Shown: one piece after another, positions 54,996-63,951 of the stretch
How the letters are laid out: each line of letters begins with the position of its first letter
Numbering within the stretch: the first letter of the stretch is position 1
Assembly: GCA_965199855.1 (NCBI GenBank)
Contig: OZ241326.1
Location: forward strand, 2,688,001 to 2,752,000
Length of the DNA stretch: 64,000 nucleotides
DNA from: a bacterium
Lineage (GTDB): Bacteria; UBA8248
Direction of reading: 5' to 3'
Made by a program: the position numbers and the translations under genes
Notes under the pieces: generated by a model
What the model saw: only the letters and a program-made list of their open reading frames with translations
What the model was told of the DNA's origin: nothing
Database searches by the model: none

Positions 54996-55979
54996 CTAGT
55001 TCAGCGCCCCGATCTCCCTGTAGAAGCGCGCGGCGCCCTCGTGCAGGGGCGCGCCGATGTTCATGCCCGCCTTCTTCGGGTCCCACCTCTTGTAGATCTT
55101 GTGGACGCCCGAGAGGAACTTCTTCTCGCTCTGCGCCGTCTTGAGAATCGAATACACCACGTCGCCGCTCATCTTGGTCGTGGTGAGCAGCACGCCGGAC
55201 AGCCCCATCGAATCCTTCGGCTTGTCATTGCCCTTGTAGATGCCGCCCGGAATCCGGCAGGGCGTGAACCCGTGGCTCGCCAGCATCTTCCTCACGTCGT
55301 CGGCCATGTCCAGGAACACGAGGTTGCGGCCCAGCGCCGCCTGGATGCCCGCGCCGTTGGGGTCGCCCGAGTTGTGGAAGTAGAAGTCGATCTGGCGCGC
55401 CCGAATCGCGCGCGACATGCCGCCCGCGCCCGGGAAGGTGAGCTTGTAGCCCCGCCCGGTGAGCTCCTTGTAGCTCGTGCCGTAGTGCCTGACGATGAGG
55501 CTCGCCACGTACTCCGAGCTGGTTCCCTTCTTGGCGGGCGCCAGCTTCAGGGGCTTTTTCGACCTGATGATGTCGCCCCAGGTCTTCACGCCCGCGTCGT
55601 AGAGCTCCTTCGCCGCGTACTGGTGGTAGCAGGAGGCCCAGAACGTGGCGACGCCCCGGATGTTCTTGTACGCCTTCTTGTAGGGGGTCTTGCCGGCGAT
55701 GGCCGCGCTGGCGAAATTCGAGAACGAATAGGCGAAGTCGGCCCCGCCCGTTCCCAGGCGCGCCGGGTTCGCCCGTCCGCCGCCGGGCACCACGCTGATG
55801 ATGGTCTTGTCCTGCTTCTTGTTGAAAATCTCGGTGAGGCCCGCCCCCAGCCGGCCCATCGTCCCGCGCAGGCTACCGACCGCCAGGTCGTATTTCGCGG
55901 GCGCGCCCCAGGCGCCGCTCGCCGCCAGAAGCGGCGAAGCCAAGGCCAGGACGCCCAGCATCATGGTGATTTTCTTCAT
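54996..55979 (-). CDS. TAXI-family TRAP solute-binding subunit
   Basis: Signal peptide MKKITMM..., GGGRAN, IPGGIYKG and C-terminal PLHEGAARFYREIG. Confidence 0.9.
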   Translation of the reverse strand: MKKITMMLGVLALASPLLAASGAWGAPAKYDLAVGSLRGTMGRLGAGLTEIFNKKQDKTIISVVPGGGRANPARLGTGGADFAYSFSNFASAAIAGKTPYKKAYKNIRGVATFWASCYHQYAAKELYDAGVKTWGDIIRSKKPLKLAPAKKGTSSEYVASLIVRHYGTSYKELTGRGYKLTFPGAGGMSRAIRARQIDFYFHNSGDPNGAGIQAALGRNLVFLDMADDVRKMLASHGFTPCRIPGGIYKGNDKPKDSMGLSGVLLTTTKMSGDVVYSILKTAQSEKKFLSGVHKIYKRWDPKKAGMNIGAPLHEGAARFYREIGALN

Positions 55980-56255
55980 TTTTCCTCTCCCTTGATGAAG
56001 TGTGCTGCGTTTTGACGGCATCCGCCGCTCGCCGGGGTTCATCGCGCCGCTTTCTCCTTCGGGAGCGAGACGCGCCACCGGCCCTGAATGCGCGCCGGCC
56101 TCATTCCCAGCGAACGGGCTTTCATGTATGCTTTCGGACATCTTACAGACGGGAGCGCTTCGCTGTCAACAAATCACGCGAGGGGCGCGCGCGTTCGCGC
56201 TCCGGCACGAGGAACGGCCCGAAAGGCGCCGCTTCCCGGGAAAGGAGCCTGAAAA

Positions 56256-56606
56256 ATGCCGTTTTACCGCTGGGAGGAGATGAAGCGCAAAAACCTGGCC
56301 AAGCCCTCGGATTCGGAGGGCAGCATCATCATCGGCGAGCATGTGACCCTGAACCGCTCGGTGAGCCGGCCGGGCAAGCTGGCGCGCCCGCACACGCACG
56401 GCTGCGAGCAAATCATCAACGTCGTGGAGGGAACGGCGTGGTTCCGGGTGGGCGATGAGGAGAAAACGGTCACATCGGGCGACGTCGTGCACATCCCCGA
56501 AGGGACGGAGCACGAGTTCAGGAACGAGGGCGCCGGCGAGTTCATCTACCTCTCGTTCAAGAACAAGTCCGGGGACTGGCCGCCGCCGACCGCCACGATG
56601 GACTAG
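56256..56606 (+). CDS. Cupin domain protein
   Basis: PHTHGCEQIINVVEG and GDVVHIPEGTEHEFRN. Confidence 0.9.
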   Translation: MPFYRWEEMKRKNLAKPSDSEGSIIIGEHVTLNRSVSRPGKLARPHTHGCEQIINVVEGTAWFRVGDEEKTVTSGDVVHIPEGTEHEFRNEGAGEFIYLSFKNKSGDWPPPTATMD

Positions 56607-56639
56607 CGCCTCTCCCGCCCGAACGGAGGAGACAGACCC

Positions 56640-57284
56640 GTGTCCCGCGTCCCCATGCTCGAATCCGGCGCCGACGACCCCGCCGTGAGGAGGCTGTTCG
56701 ACCACGCCGGCGTTCTCCTGAACCGCGTCCCCAACGCCTGGCGGGTGATGGCGAACCAGCCCTTCGTCGCGAAGTTCATGCTGCCGCTCACCTCGGCGCT
56801 CCTGCGCCAGGGGCTGGGCTCGGCGCTGGACACGAGGACGAAGGAGCTCGCCATCATCCGGACCAGCCAGCTCAACGGGTGCGCCTACTGACTGGCGCAC
56901 AACGCGCCGGTTGGTCAGTCGGCGGGCATCACGGAGGAGCAGATCGAGGCCATCGGGGCGGGCGACTACGCCTCCTTCTCGGAGAAGGAGCGCGCCGTCC
57001 TCCTCTGGGCGGAGCACGTGACGCTGGGCACGGCGCGGGCGCGCGACGACGTGTTCGCCGAAGTGAAAAAGCGCTTCAGCGACGCGGAGATCGTGGAGCT
57101 CACCATGGTCATCACCTACTTCAGCATGAGAAACAAGTTCAACGACGCGCTGGCGATTCCCCTCGAGGCGCAGGAGGAAATCGACCGCAACAGGATTCGC
57201 CGGAAAAGGCCGGAAGACCTCCGGGCGTATCTGGAGGCGCTGCTCGCCGACTGGCCGGAGGAGTTCCCCGAGGCGGGGGAGTGA
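56640..57284 (+). CDS. AhpD/carboxymuconolactone decarboxylase-family protein, probable selenoprotein (CxxU)
   Basis: One frame with a single in-frame TGA (56889-56891): KELAIIRTSQLNGCAY-U-LAH...GITEEQI...FSEKERAVL...FSDAEIVELT, giving 214 aa. Confidence 0.85.
56905..56924 (+). promoter_or_regulatory. Putative bacterial SECIS hairpin
   Basis: CGCCGGTT-GGTC-AGTCGGCG: an 8-bp stem (two G-U pairs) with a G-initiated tetraloop starting 21 nt after the TGA. Confidence 0.7.
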
Positions 57285-57304
57285 GGGGGGACTGACAAGG
57301 GCGT

Positions 57305-58429
57305 CTATTCAAGGCGGGTCCATGCCGCATCGATGTTTCGGCGCCTGTTTCCAGGCATCAAAAAATCGACTTCTCCCGGTGAGGTTGATACATCGTTAAA
57401 ATGTGCAGTCTGCGTCCTCTCTCTCGGGCGATCATATCGCATAAACCGTTTTCTGTTCGGCCAAAGTTCGCGCACTAGGTGTAGCGTCGTATGTTTCGTA
57501 AATGTTCTCGCGTCCGTCCGTAGCCAAATAACGCCGTTAGGCTTGAGGCGTTTCTTCGCTTTAGAAAGCACCTCACACAACATACGGCGGTAGGAGGCTT
57601 GCCGGCTGTCTCGCGGATCTTTCTTCCAATCAGGTAAAGGTGGCCCCTCTCCAAGCATCCATAATCGTATCCAGCTGTCTTGACGGTAGTTGGTGATGCC
57701 AAAATACGGTGGAGACGTGAACAAGAGATCGAAATCCTTGCCTTTGTAACCGGAAAGAACTTTCGCCGCATCTCCTTGCAAAATCTTTGAGGCACCCCGG
57801 TCCTTGATAACACCGTGTGCATATCGCCACTGGATTCTCTTGCGGAAGTAGGTATATGGGTCGACTTCCGGTGGGCGCATTCGCCTCTTTTTCCACCATC
57901 TAACGGCGTAATCAGGGCCCATTGCCCGTGACTTCTGCATCTGATTGCTAATGCCATCGTTCAACCTGCCGTGAAGGTTGACAAGAATAAATCCCATGAG
58001 AGTCCGATCCGTTATATTTTTACGCCAGTCAAGATCGCGTCTCGCGGTATTGAGGAAGCCGAGAACACCAGGAGACCAAGCCCAATGTTGAAACTCGTTT
58101 TCTGGTTGTGTGTCACGCGGCCGTCCTTTGCCGCGCAGATCTTCTAAACGTTGCAATAGCTTCACAACATTTGATTCAGGCAGGGTCTTCACTTCGGCAA
58201 AGAGCCAAGCCACTGGATTGATATCGATCCCAAGAGCAGAACGCCCGGACGTTTGAGCGACGAAAGGTGCCGTTCCACGTCCGCAAAATGGATCCAGGAT
58301 GTGGCCGCCTTTCGGAGTCATCGTGTCTATAACTTGCTGGGCAAATTGAACCGGGAACATAGCATAGTATGGGCCAAAGCCAGACCAGCGACCGGATGCA
58401 CTACCATATTTTCCTATTGGCAGGCTCAT
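57305..58429 (-). CDS. DNA methyltransferase, probable N4-cytosine (SAM motif before the SPPY catalytic motif)
   Basis: GPYYAMFP, ILDPFCGRGT, GIDINP and DLLFTSPPY. Confidence 0.88.
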   Translation of the reverse strand: MSLPIGKYGSASGRWSGFGPYYAMFPVQFAQQVIDTMTPKGGHILDPFCGRGTAPFVAQTSGRSALGIDINPVAWLFAEVKTLPESNVVKLLQRLEDLRGKGRPRDTQPENEFQHWAWSPGVLGFLNTARRDLDWRKNITDRTLMGFILVNLHGRLNDGISNQMQKSRAMGPDYAVRWWKKRRMRPPEVDPYTYFRKRIQWRYAHGVIKDRGASKILQGDAAKVLSGYKGKDFDLLFTSPPYFGITNYRQDSWIRLWMLGEGPPLPDWKKDPRDSRQASYRRMLCEVLSKAKKRLKPNGVIWLRTDARTFTKHTTLHLVRELWPNRKRFMRYDRPRERTQTAHFNDVSTSPGEVDFLMPGNRRRNIDAAWTRLE

Positions 58430-59748
58430 GGATCCTCCAGCAAACTCCGAATAATGTCTGTCCCCCGCTTTAGTGGAATTGCGGCATGCGCATGAGCGCG
58501 TATCAGAGGCAAGAATCCGCCATCATAGATGTAAGTTGCCAAGTGGTCCATGACATCTAGAATATCTCCTAGTCTAGGAAAGCATCCAGGAGAATTATTC
58601 CTGAAATTTTCCGCGAGTTGGTCCAGCATAGCAGTATGAATGACTACATGCTGTCCTTTGTTGGTTTTGTAAAGAATGATACGGCCAAAGTGAGTGTCTT
58701 CGCCAAAGCATTTTCCCTTTTTATCAGAGGGGACAACGTTGCTACTGATATATTCAGCATCCAGTGGGATTGTAGTCTGTTCTGGAAAACGCGAGCCCGG
58801 CCCCATTTGATCCTGCCAATCGATCTCCTCCCAATGCTCCTTAAAACGGCCCGTTTTTTCTATTCCGAATACGACTATGTCGGTTCCATTGGCTTGGCGT
58901 GCTTTATGGTTTAATCGTCTCAGCTCTTCACGGATTGGGCGCAATATGGAAGCTGGAGTTCCAAAAACAGCTAGAGGACCATCTAGCACAAAAGCACACG
59001 TATCAAGGTAAGCCGGATGTTTTTCGACAAAGAAACGCAGGATATTTAATAGTATCAAGATTTCAAGCACGGAGCGTAGTCGGCCCAACGCCTCGCCCCC
59101 CGTGCGAATCCCATCGAAGTATTCATGCAGACGCAACAGGTCAGTTTCAAACATCTTTTCGCGTCTCTCGCAATGACACAGATATTCTCCGGTGTTGCGC
59201 TCATATTTTTCTTCGCAATCTACCGCGGGGCAAGGAATCCGGGATTCGAGATCGACACAAATTGTCCGCATGGTTTCCAGCAATGTCTCATGGTCGTCCG
59301 CGATGACGTTTGACAAGGTGTCATAAGTTTTTTGCCGGAAGAAATTTATCGGCGCATCATGGTCAACATCCTTGCGAACAACTCCTATGCCCGGCATTGC
59401 GGCTTCCAGAGTATGAGCTTTTTCGATCTCACGAAAAAATGATGGGCGAGGAATAACATTCGTACTTAAGCTATTTAGTTGATCCAGTTTGATAGCTACC
59501 ACCGATATCATCAACAAACCTGCTTCCGCACCCGGGAATCCACCGTTGACGCGGTGCATAAGATGGGAACCATCAATGGCAATGACTCGTCTTGGACACC
59601 AGCCGCGCCGCCGCGTTTGAAAAATCGGTGGTTTTACAGGCTTATCTCTGTCCCTCGCAAGGATGGTTCCTTCAAATTCTTTCAGTGCTTGGCTGTTTTC
59701 CAGCCATATCAAGCTGTCCCCGCTAGCTTTTTCGTTCTTATGGGGCAT
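58426..59748 (-). CDS. NurA-family (RNase H-fold) nuclease
   Basis: VIAIDGS, LEIL, FVLDGPL, GIEKTG and C-terminal PLIRAHAHAAI. Confidence 0.8.
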   Translation of the reverse strand: MPHKNEKASGDSLIWLENSQALKEFEGTILARDRDKPVKPPIFQTRRRGWCPRRVIAIDGSHLMHRVNGGFPGAEAGLLMISVVAIKLDQLNSLSTNVIPRPSFFREIEKAHTLEAAMPGIGVVRKDVDHDAPINFFRQKTYDTLSNVIADDHETLLETMRTICVDLESRIPCPAVDCEEKYERNTGEYLCHCERREKMFETDLLRLHEYFDGIRTGGEALGRLRSVLEILILLNILRFFVEKHPAYLDTCAFVLDGPLAVFGTPASILRPIREELRRLNHKARQANGTDIVVFGIEKTGRFKEHWEEIDWQDQMGPGSRFPEQTTIPLDAEYISSNVVPSDKKGKCFGEDTHFGRIILYKTNKGQHVVIHTAMLDQLAENFRNNSPGCFPRLGDILDVMDHLATYIYDGGFLPLIRAHAHAAIPLKRGTDIIRSLLEDP

Positions 59749-61914
59749 CTAGGTACTCTCTTTCTCGTCTGTTATAGGATTTGCCGTGAATTTATTGATC
59801 TGCACTGGCACTATATATGGGTTGGATAAACAACGCATCCGCAAAAAGCCGGTATCCGGCACCCTCAGAATTTGATCAACGAACATCTCAAAGTCGTAGT
59901 ATTTCCTCAACTCCCGTGTTTCGTCCCGGTTGTTCAAGTGCGCCACAAACCAGTTGTCGGTGTTCTTCAAGATGTTCGCCAAAATAGAGCTTGGCTCTTG
60001 GGTGGAATACATCAAACCAATGCGGAACTTAGAGCCTTCTTTGGCTGTCCGCGCCCATATTGAGTCTAATTCAGCATTTTGAGAGGGAAGCAAATTGTGG
60101 GCTTCCTCAACATACACAATTACATCCGGCGGCGGCGTGATGTTGCCGTTATCATCTCGGAGAAGCTCTCCGTCCGCGCCGCGCGGCGGATTTGTGAAGA
60201 CTTCCCTCTGACGGCCGAAAAGCTCCCACATGATGCGTTCAGATGTGTGCTTAATTTCAGCCGGTGCACCAATCGACTGGTCAACAATGACCAAGTTACC
60301 ACGAACAAGCTCATCAACAATTTCCGTGGAATAGTCGGCCCCGACGGCCGGACTGTGCCGCTCTTGCAACTCCCGTATTCTGCCGACCCCTCCTGCCCAA
60401 CTCAAAAGAGAAAGCAATCCGTTCAAAGTGTCGTCATTCCACGGCTTGCCCCTTTTGGCTTGATACTTCTTGTTAAATTCCTGAAATGCACTATTACCCG
60501 TCCCTTGTCGGCCTCCTATAACGAACTCTTGAAAAGCCGTTAGCGCTTGATGTAATTCGTTCCATGAAACGCTTGCCTTCTCGAAAGTATGGGCGACCCC
60601 TTGATATTTGGCTTCATTGGTAGATTGCAGGGCTTTTATTAACTCGTTACTAAAAAGCCCTTTGATACTGGCTTCTCGCAGGTTGGGCGGCGCACTAAAA
60701 TTGGCCGCGGCGAGTATGGCTCTATACAATGTGATGTTGCGCCGAAAGCGAGTTTGAGTCCCTCTGTCCCAATCATCGGCAAGGGCTTCTATATTGGTAT
60801 TGATGAATCTGCTAACGTATTGGGCGTCAGACCGGACCCGAAGATGCTCGTCAATTATTCCTTTCCCGGCGAAGAGCATGACCAGAGCGGAGCGGACAGC
60901 TTCCTTATCGCTCCAGTCTCCGATGCCTTCACCAAAGAAGTTCAGCTTGATCAAACGCCGGCCTGAATCGTTAGGGTGCTCAAAGAGTCCGTAGGTCACA
61001 ACATCATCCAAGCCAATGTTGCGCAGACACCCGGCATCCTGCGGATTGTCGTTAGCGTATTCTCCGTTCACATCGAAAATCAGTTGGCCGATGCGCCCTT
61101 TGTTCGGATCAATCTTTCGCAGATCGAATATGGCGGATGAAAGAGTTTTAATGGTGTTTGATTTACCGCTACGGCTCATCCCGAAAAGCGCGGTGCGCCG
61201 AGCCAACATATCTGTTGGTTCAATATGGACGGAGACGTTTTCGCGATTTTCGTCAACTGCAATTTCACTGGAGGAATAGCGAACTCGCCCAACTGGGACA
61301 GGATGTCCAGCGAGCGGATGCAAGACGCCCATAGGCTTGGTGAAGTTAACTATGTTGTATAACGCAGTGTCTATCGGTTTGTATACCTTCATCCCCTGCC
61401 CGGAATAAAAATTGGAGATGTCAGCACCAAAGGTAGGCTCCCATTTATCGCTATTTTTATCATGGGCATATCGAAAAGTTCCCAGCACGCTACAACGCAC
61501 TCCCGCATGCCGTAGTTGATTCAACGTGAATTGATCGGTGTTGCTGTCTGCATCCCACTGCTTAGAAGAATCAATGGAGCGACGCGCCGCATCAAAACGC
61601 CATTGGTCTGTATCCGTTCGATTGGGTAAAGATGAATGTCCTAAGACGCGAAGCAAGATGAGTGCAGTGTCTTCCTGATCTGATCGGGGTTTGGTGTCCG
61701 GCTCTACCCTCGTAGCAAGCAAGAAGCACCCCATTGGCAATCCGCCTACCTCTTGCCTCTGTGCATCATGGACTAGAACGGTCGCCTCTGTATAATCAAG
61801 CGACAATAAGTCGCCAACCCTTTCATCTTCTTTGATCCATGCCGCTAATTTACCGCCGTATTCTTCGGCCCTAGCTCTCTCAAAGTCTCTTCCCTCTTGA
61901 TCAATCAATGCCAT
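59749..61914 (-). CDS. HerA/FtsK-superfamily ATPase (DUF87-type)
   Basis: N-terminal barrel-like region; TALFGMSRSGKSNT (Walker A), IFDVNGEY, YVEEAHNLLP (Walker B) and AKEGSKF..GLMYSTQEPS. Confidence 0.88.
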   Translation of the reverse strand: MALIDQEGRDFERARAEEYGGKLAAWIKEDERVGDLLSLDYTEATVLVHDAQRQEVGGLPMGCFLLATRVEPDTKPRSDQEDTALILLRVLGHSSLPNRTDTDQWRFDAARRSIDSSKQWDADSNTDQFTLNQLRHAGVRCSVLGTFRYAHDKNSDKWEPTFGADISNFYSGQGMKVYKPIDTALYNIVNFTKPMGVLHPLAGHPVPVGRVRYSSSEIAVDENRENVSVHIEPTDMLARRTALFGMSRSGKSNTIKTLSSAIFDLRKIDPNKGRIGQLIFDVNGEYANDNPQDAGCLRNIGLDDVVTYGLFEHPNDSGRRLIKLNFFGEGIGDWSDKEAVRSALVMLFAGKGIIDEHLRVRSDAQYVSRFINTNIEALADDWDRGTQTRFRRNITLYRAILAAANFSAPPNLREASIKGLFSNELIKALQSTNEAKYQGVAHTFEKASVSWNELHQALTAFQEFVIGGRQGTGNSAFQEFNKKYQAKRGKPWNDDTLNGLLSLLSWAGGVGRIRELQERHSPAVGADYSTEIVDELVRGNLVIVDQSIGAPAEIKHTSERIMWELFGRQREVFTNPPRGADGELLRDDNGNITPPPDVIVYVEEAHNLLPSQNAELDSIWARTAKEGSKFRIGLMYSTQEPSSILANILKNTDNWFVAHLNNRDETRELRKYYDFEMFVDQILRVPDTGFLRMRCLSNPYIVPVQINKFTANPITDEKEST

Positions 61915-61986
61915 TCTTCACCTCAGAATAGAAATAACGATTTTTTCCAACACACAAAGAATAATTGCTTAATTCGCCTCCCCCCC

Positions 61987-62104
61987 TCAATACCCATCGT
62001 CGGCGTAATTCCCCGGTGTGGGCGTGGCGCCGGTGGCCATGGCAGCCGAGCGTCCTGACGTTGTGCTCATCCGACATGATGACGAGCAGGTTCATCGGCT
62101 CCAT
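61987..62104 (-). pseudogene. Sulfatase remnant (N-terminal ~24 codons only)
   Basis: SD GGGAGAG + MEPMNLLVIMSDEHNVRTLGCHGH matches a sulfatase N-terminus (N.L.IMSDEH...LGC.GH), and the similarity stops there. Confidence 0.7.
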
Positions 62105-62150
62105 ATCGAAGGCTCTCCCATCGGAGGGCGCCCCCGGGGCGCGCGGCGCG

Positions 62151-63026
62151 CTACATGTGGGGCCACACGGGGTCGGGCCGGACGCCGAGCGGCCCCGAGG
62201 GGTGCTCCTCCAGATAATCATAGACGTTGCCCAGCCCCCCTTTTCGCAGCATCGTGAGGCGCTCTCCCATGTGATCGTTGCTCTTGAGGTCGGTCTCATA
62301 GACCTCGAATACTCTCGCGCAAACCTCCTCCCGGCTCAGCCCCTCGCCCTTCAGGGCCCTGACCTTCTCGATCAGCGCGTGGAGCTTCTCGCGCTGGCGC
62401 GGCAGCTCGTCCTTCCCGCAGGGCCGCCCGTGTCCGGGGACGTACCAGTCCACGTCCAGCACCTCGAGCATCCCCAGCGACTGGAACCAGCCCCACACGT
62501 CGGCCGAGTGGCACGCCACGTTGTAGGCGGGCGTCAGGTTGTCCGCCGTGAAGGCGACGCGATCCTCCACCGCGTGGACGATGGTCTGTCCGCGCGTGTG
62601 GCCGGGGGAATGGATGAGAATGAACGTCTTGCCGCCCATGCGAATCGTCATCCGCTCCCTGTAGGTGACGTCGGGGGGGCGGAGCTCGAAGCCATCGAGC
62701 AGCGCCTCGCTCCCGGGGTCGTATTTGAGCATCCGCTCCCTGCCCTCGGCCGCCGTGGCGATGGACGCGTAGAAGTCCGCGTTCGTGCCCTCGCTCGCAA
62801 TGATCGTCTCGGGCTGAAGGAGCCAGTTGCCCGCGATGTGATCCTGGTGGTGCTCCGTGTTGACGAGGTAGCGAAGCGGGCCCTTCTCCCGGATGAAGCC
62901 GCGCCAGGCGACCGCCTCCGAGGGCCGCATGGGGCCGTCTATGGCGAGGACGCCCTCATCGGTCGCCGCCATGCCCACCGTCGGGTAGCAGTCGTAGAAA
63001 AAGACGCTTTCGGTCAGCTGCTCCAA
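62151..63026 (-). CDS. MBL-fold metallo-hydrolase
   Basis: Probable TTG start LEQLTESV; NTEHHQDHIAGN, PGHTRGQ, FTADN and VPGHG. Confidence 0.88.
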   Translation of the reverse strand: MEQLTESVFFYDCYPTVGMAATDEGVLAIDGPMRPSEAVAWRGFIREKGPLRYLVNTEHHQDHIAGNWLLQPETIIASEGTNADFYASIATAAEGRERMLKYDPGSEALLDGFELRPPDVTYRERMTIRMGGKTFILIHSPGHTRGQTIVHAVEDRVAFTADNLTPAYNVACHSADVWGWFQSLGMLEVLDVDWYVPGHGRPCGKDELPRQREKLHALIEKVRALKGEGLSREEVCARVFEVYETDLKSNDHMGERLTMLRKGGLGNVYDYLEEHPSGPLGVRPDPVWPHM

Positions 63027-63066
63027 TCGTCCATCCTCTTGAACGGCGTCCGCGAGGACGCTCCGC

Positions 63067-63951
63067 CTAATCGCCCAGCCCCGCCTCGCGCTCGAACCAC
63101 TCTCGTATGGCGCCCTGATCCAGCGCGCCGAGCCCCATGTCCATCGCCCCCTGATAAGCCTTTTCAACCGCGTCCGTCAGCGGCAGGGGAGCGCCGTTCG
63201 AGCGGGCGAACTCCCGGATGAGGCCCAGGTCCTTGCGCATGAGGGCGAGCGAGAACTTCACGGGCTCGTATTCCTTTTTTCGCAGGCCGCGGCCGCGCGC
63301 GCGCATCACGCCGAAGACCGTGCTCGAGTAGAGATATTCCATCATCTGATCCGGGTCGAGGCCCGACTTCACCCCGAGGGTGAATCCTTCCGCCAGCGCG
63401 CACAGCTGGCACGAGACGAGCTGGTTCGTGATGAGCTTCATTCTCAGCCCCGAGCCGTTGGGGCCGAAATGGTCGAGCAGTTCGCACACGCTGTCCAGCA
63501 CCCTGCGGTGCGCGTCCAGCACCTCCCGGTCGCCTCCCACCATGAGGCCGATTTTCGCGTCGCGCGCGATGATCGCGTTCCCGCTGATGGGGGTGTCCAG
63601 AAAATGAAAGCCGCGGGCCCCGGCCTCCTCCGCGATGGCGATGCTCTCCTCGGGCAGGATGGTCGAGAAATCGAAGCAGACGGCGCCCTCCCCGGCGGCG
63701 AGCAGCGCGCCGCGCTCCCCCAGATAGGCGTCGCGCGCCTGCGCGCCCGTGGGCACCGCGCTGCAGACGTAATCCGCGCCCCGCGCCGCCCCGGCGGGAG
63801 AGTCGAAAGCGCGGACGCCCGCCTCCTTCGCCGCCTTCCGGGCGGCCGGGGCCGGATCGAAGCCCGCGACCTCGAAGCCCGCCCTCACGAGATTCGCCGC
63901 AATGGCGCCGCCCATGTTGCCCAGGCCCAGAAACGCGACTTTTTCAGCCAA
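63067..63951 (-). CDS. NAD(P)-dependent beta-hydroxyacid dehydrogenase (third paralog)
   Basis: FLGLGNMG, FLDTPISG, KLITN and FSLALMRKDL. Confidence 0.92.
   Translation of the reverse strand: MAEKVAFLGLGNMGGAIAANLVRAGFEVAGFDPAPAARKAAKEAGVRAFDSPAGAARGADYVCSAVPTGAQARDAYLGERGALLAAGEGAVCFDFSTILPEESIAIAEEAGARGFHFLDTPISGNAIIARDAKIGLMVGGDREVLDAHRRVLDSVCELLDHFGPNGSGLRMKLITNQLVSCQLCALAEGFTLGVKSGLDPDQMMEYLYSSTVFGVMRARGRGLRKKEYEPVKFSLALMRKDLGLIREFARSNGAPLPLTDAVEKAYQGAMDMGLGALDQGAIREWFEREAGLGD

Larger units (their letters stand above)
57291..61980. mobile_element. Low-GC horizontally acquired island (HerA-NurA-MTase); no integrase seen
   Basis: Abrupt drop in GC and change in codon usage relative to both flanks, seen by eye. 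Confidence 0.7.

Noticed and set aside
56889-56891. Nonsense mutation or alternative genetic code explaining the in-frame TGA
   Set aside because: TGA is used as a normal stop in many other genes here; the position at the catalytic Cys plus the hairpin favours selenocysteine
57305-61914. Housekeeping archaeal-type HerA-NurA repair operon or prophage
   Set aside because: No mre11/rad50 (sbcCD) or phage genes nearby; foreign composition and a coupled MTase argue otherwise
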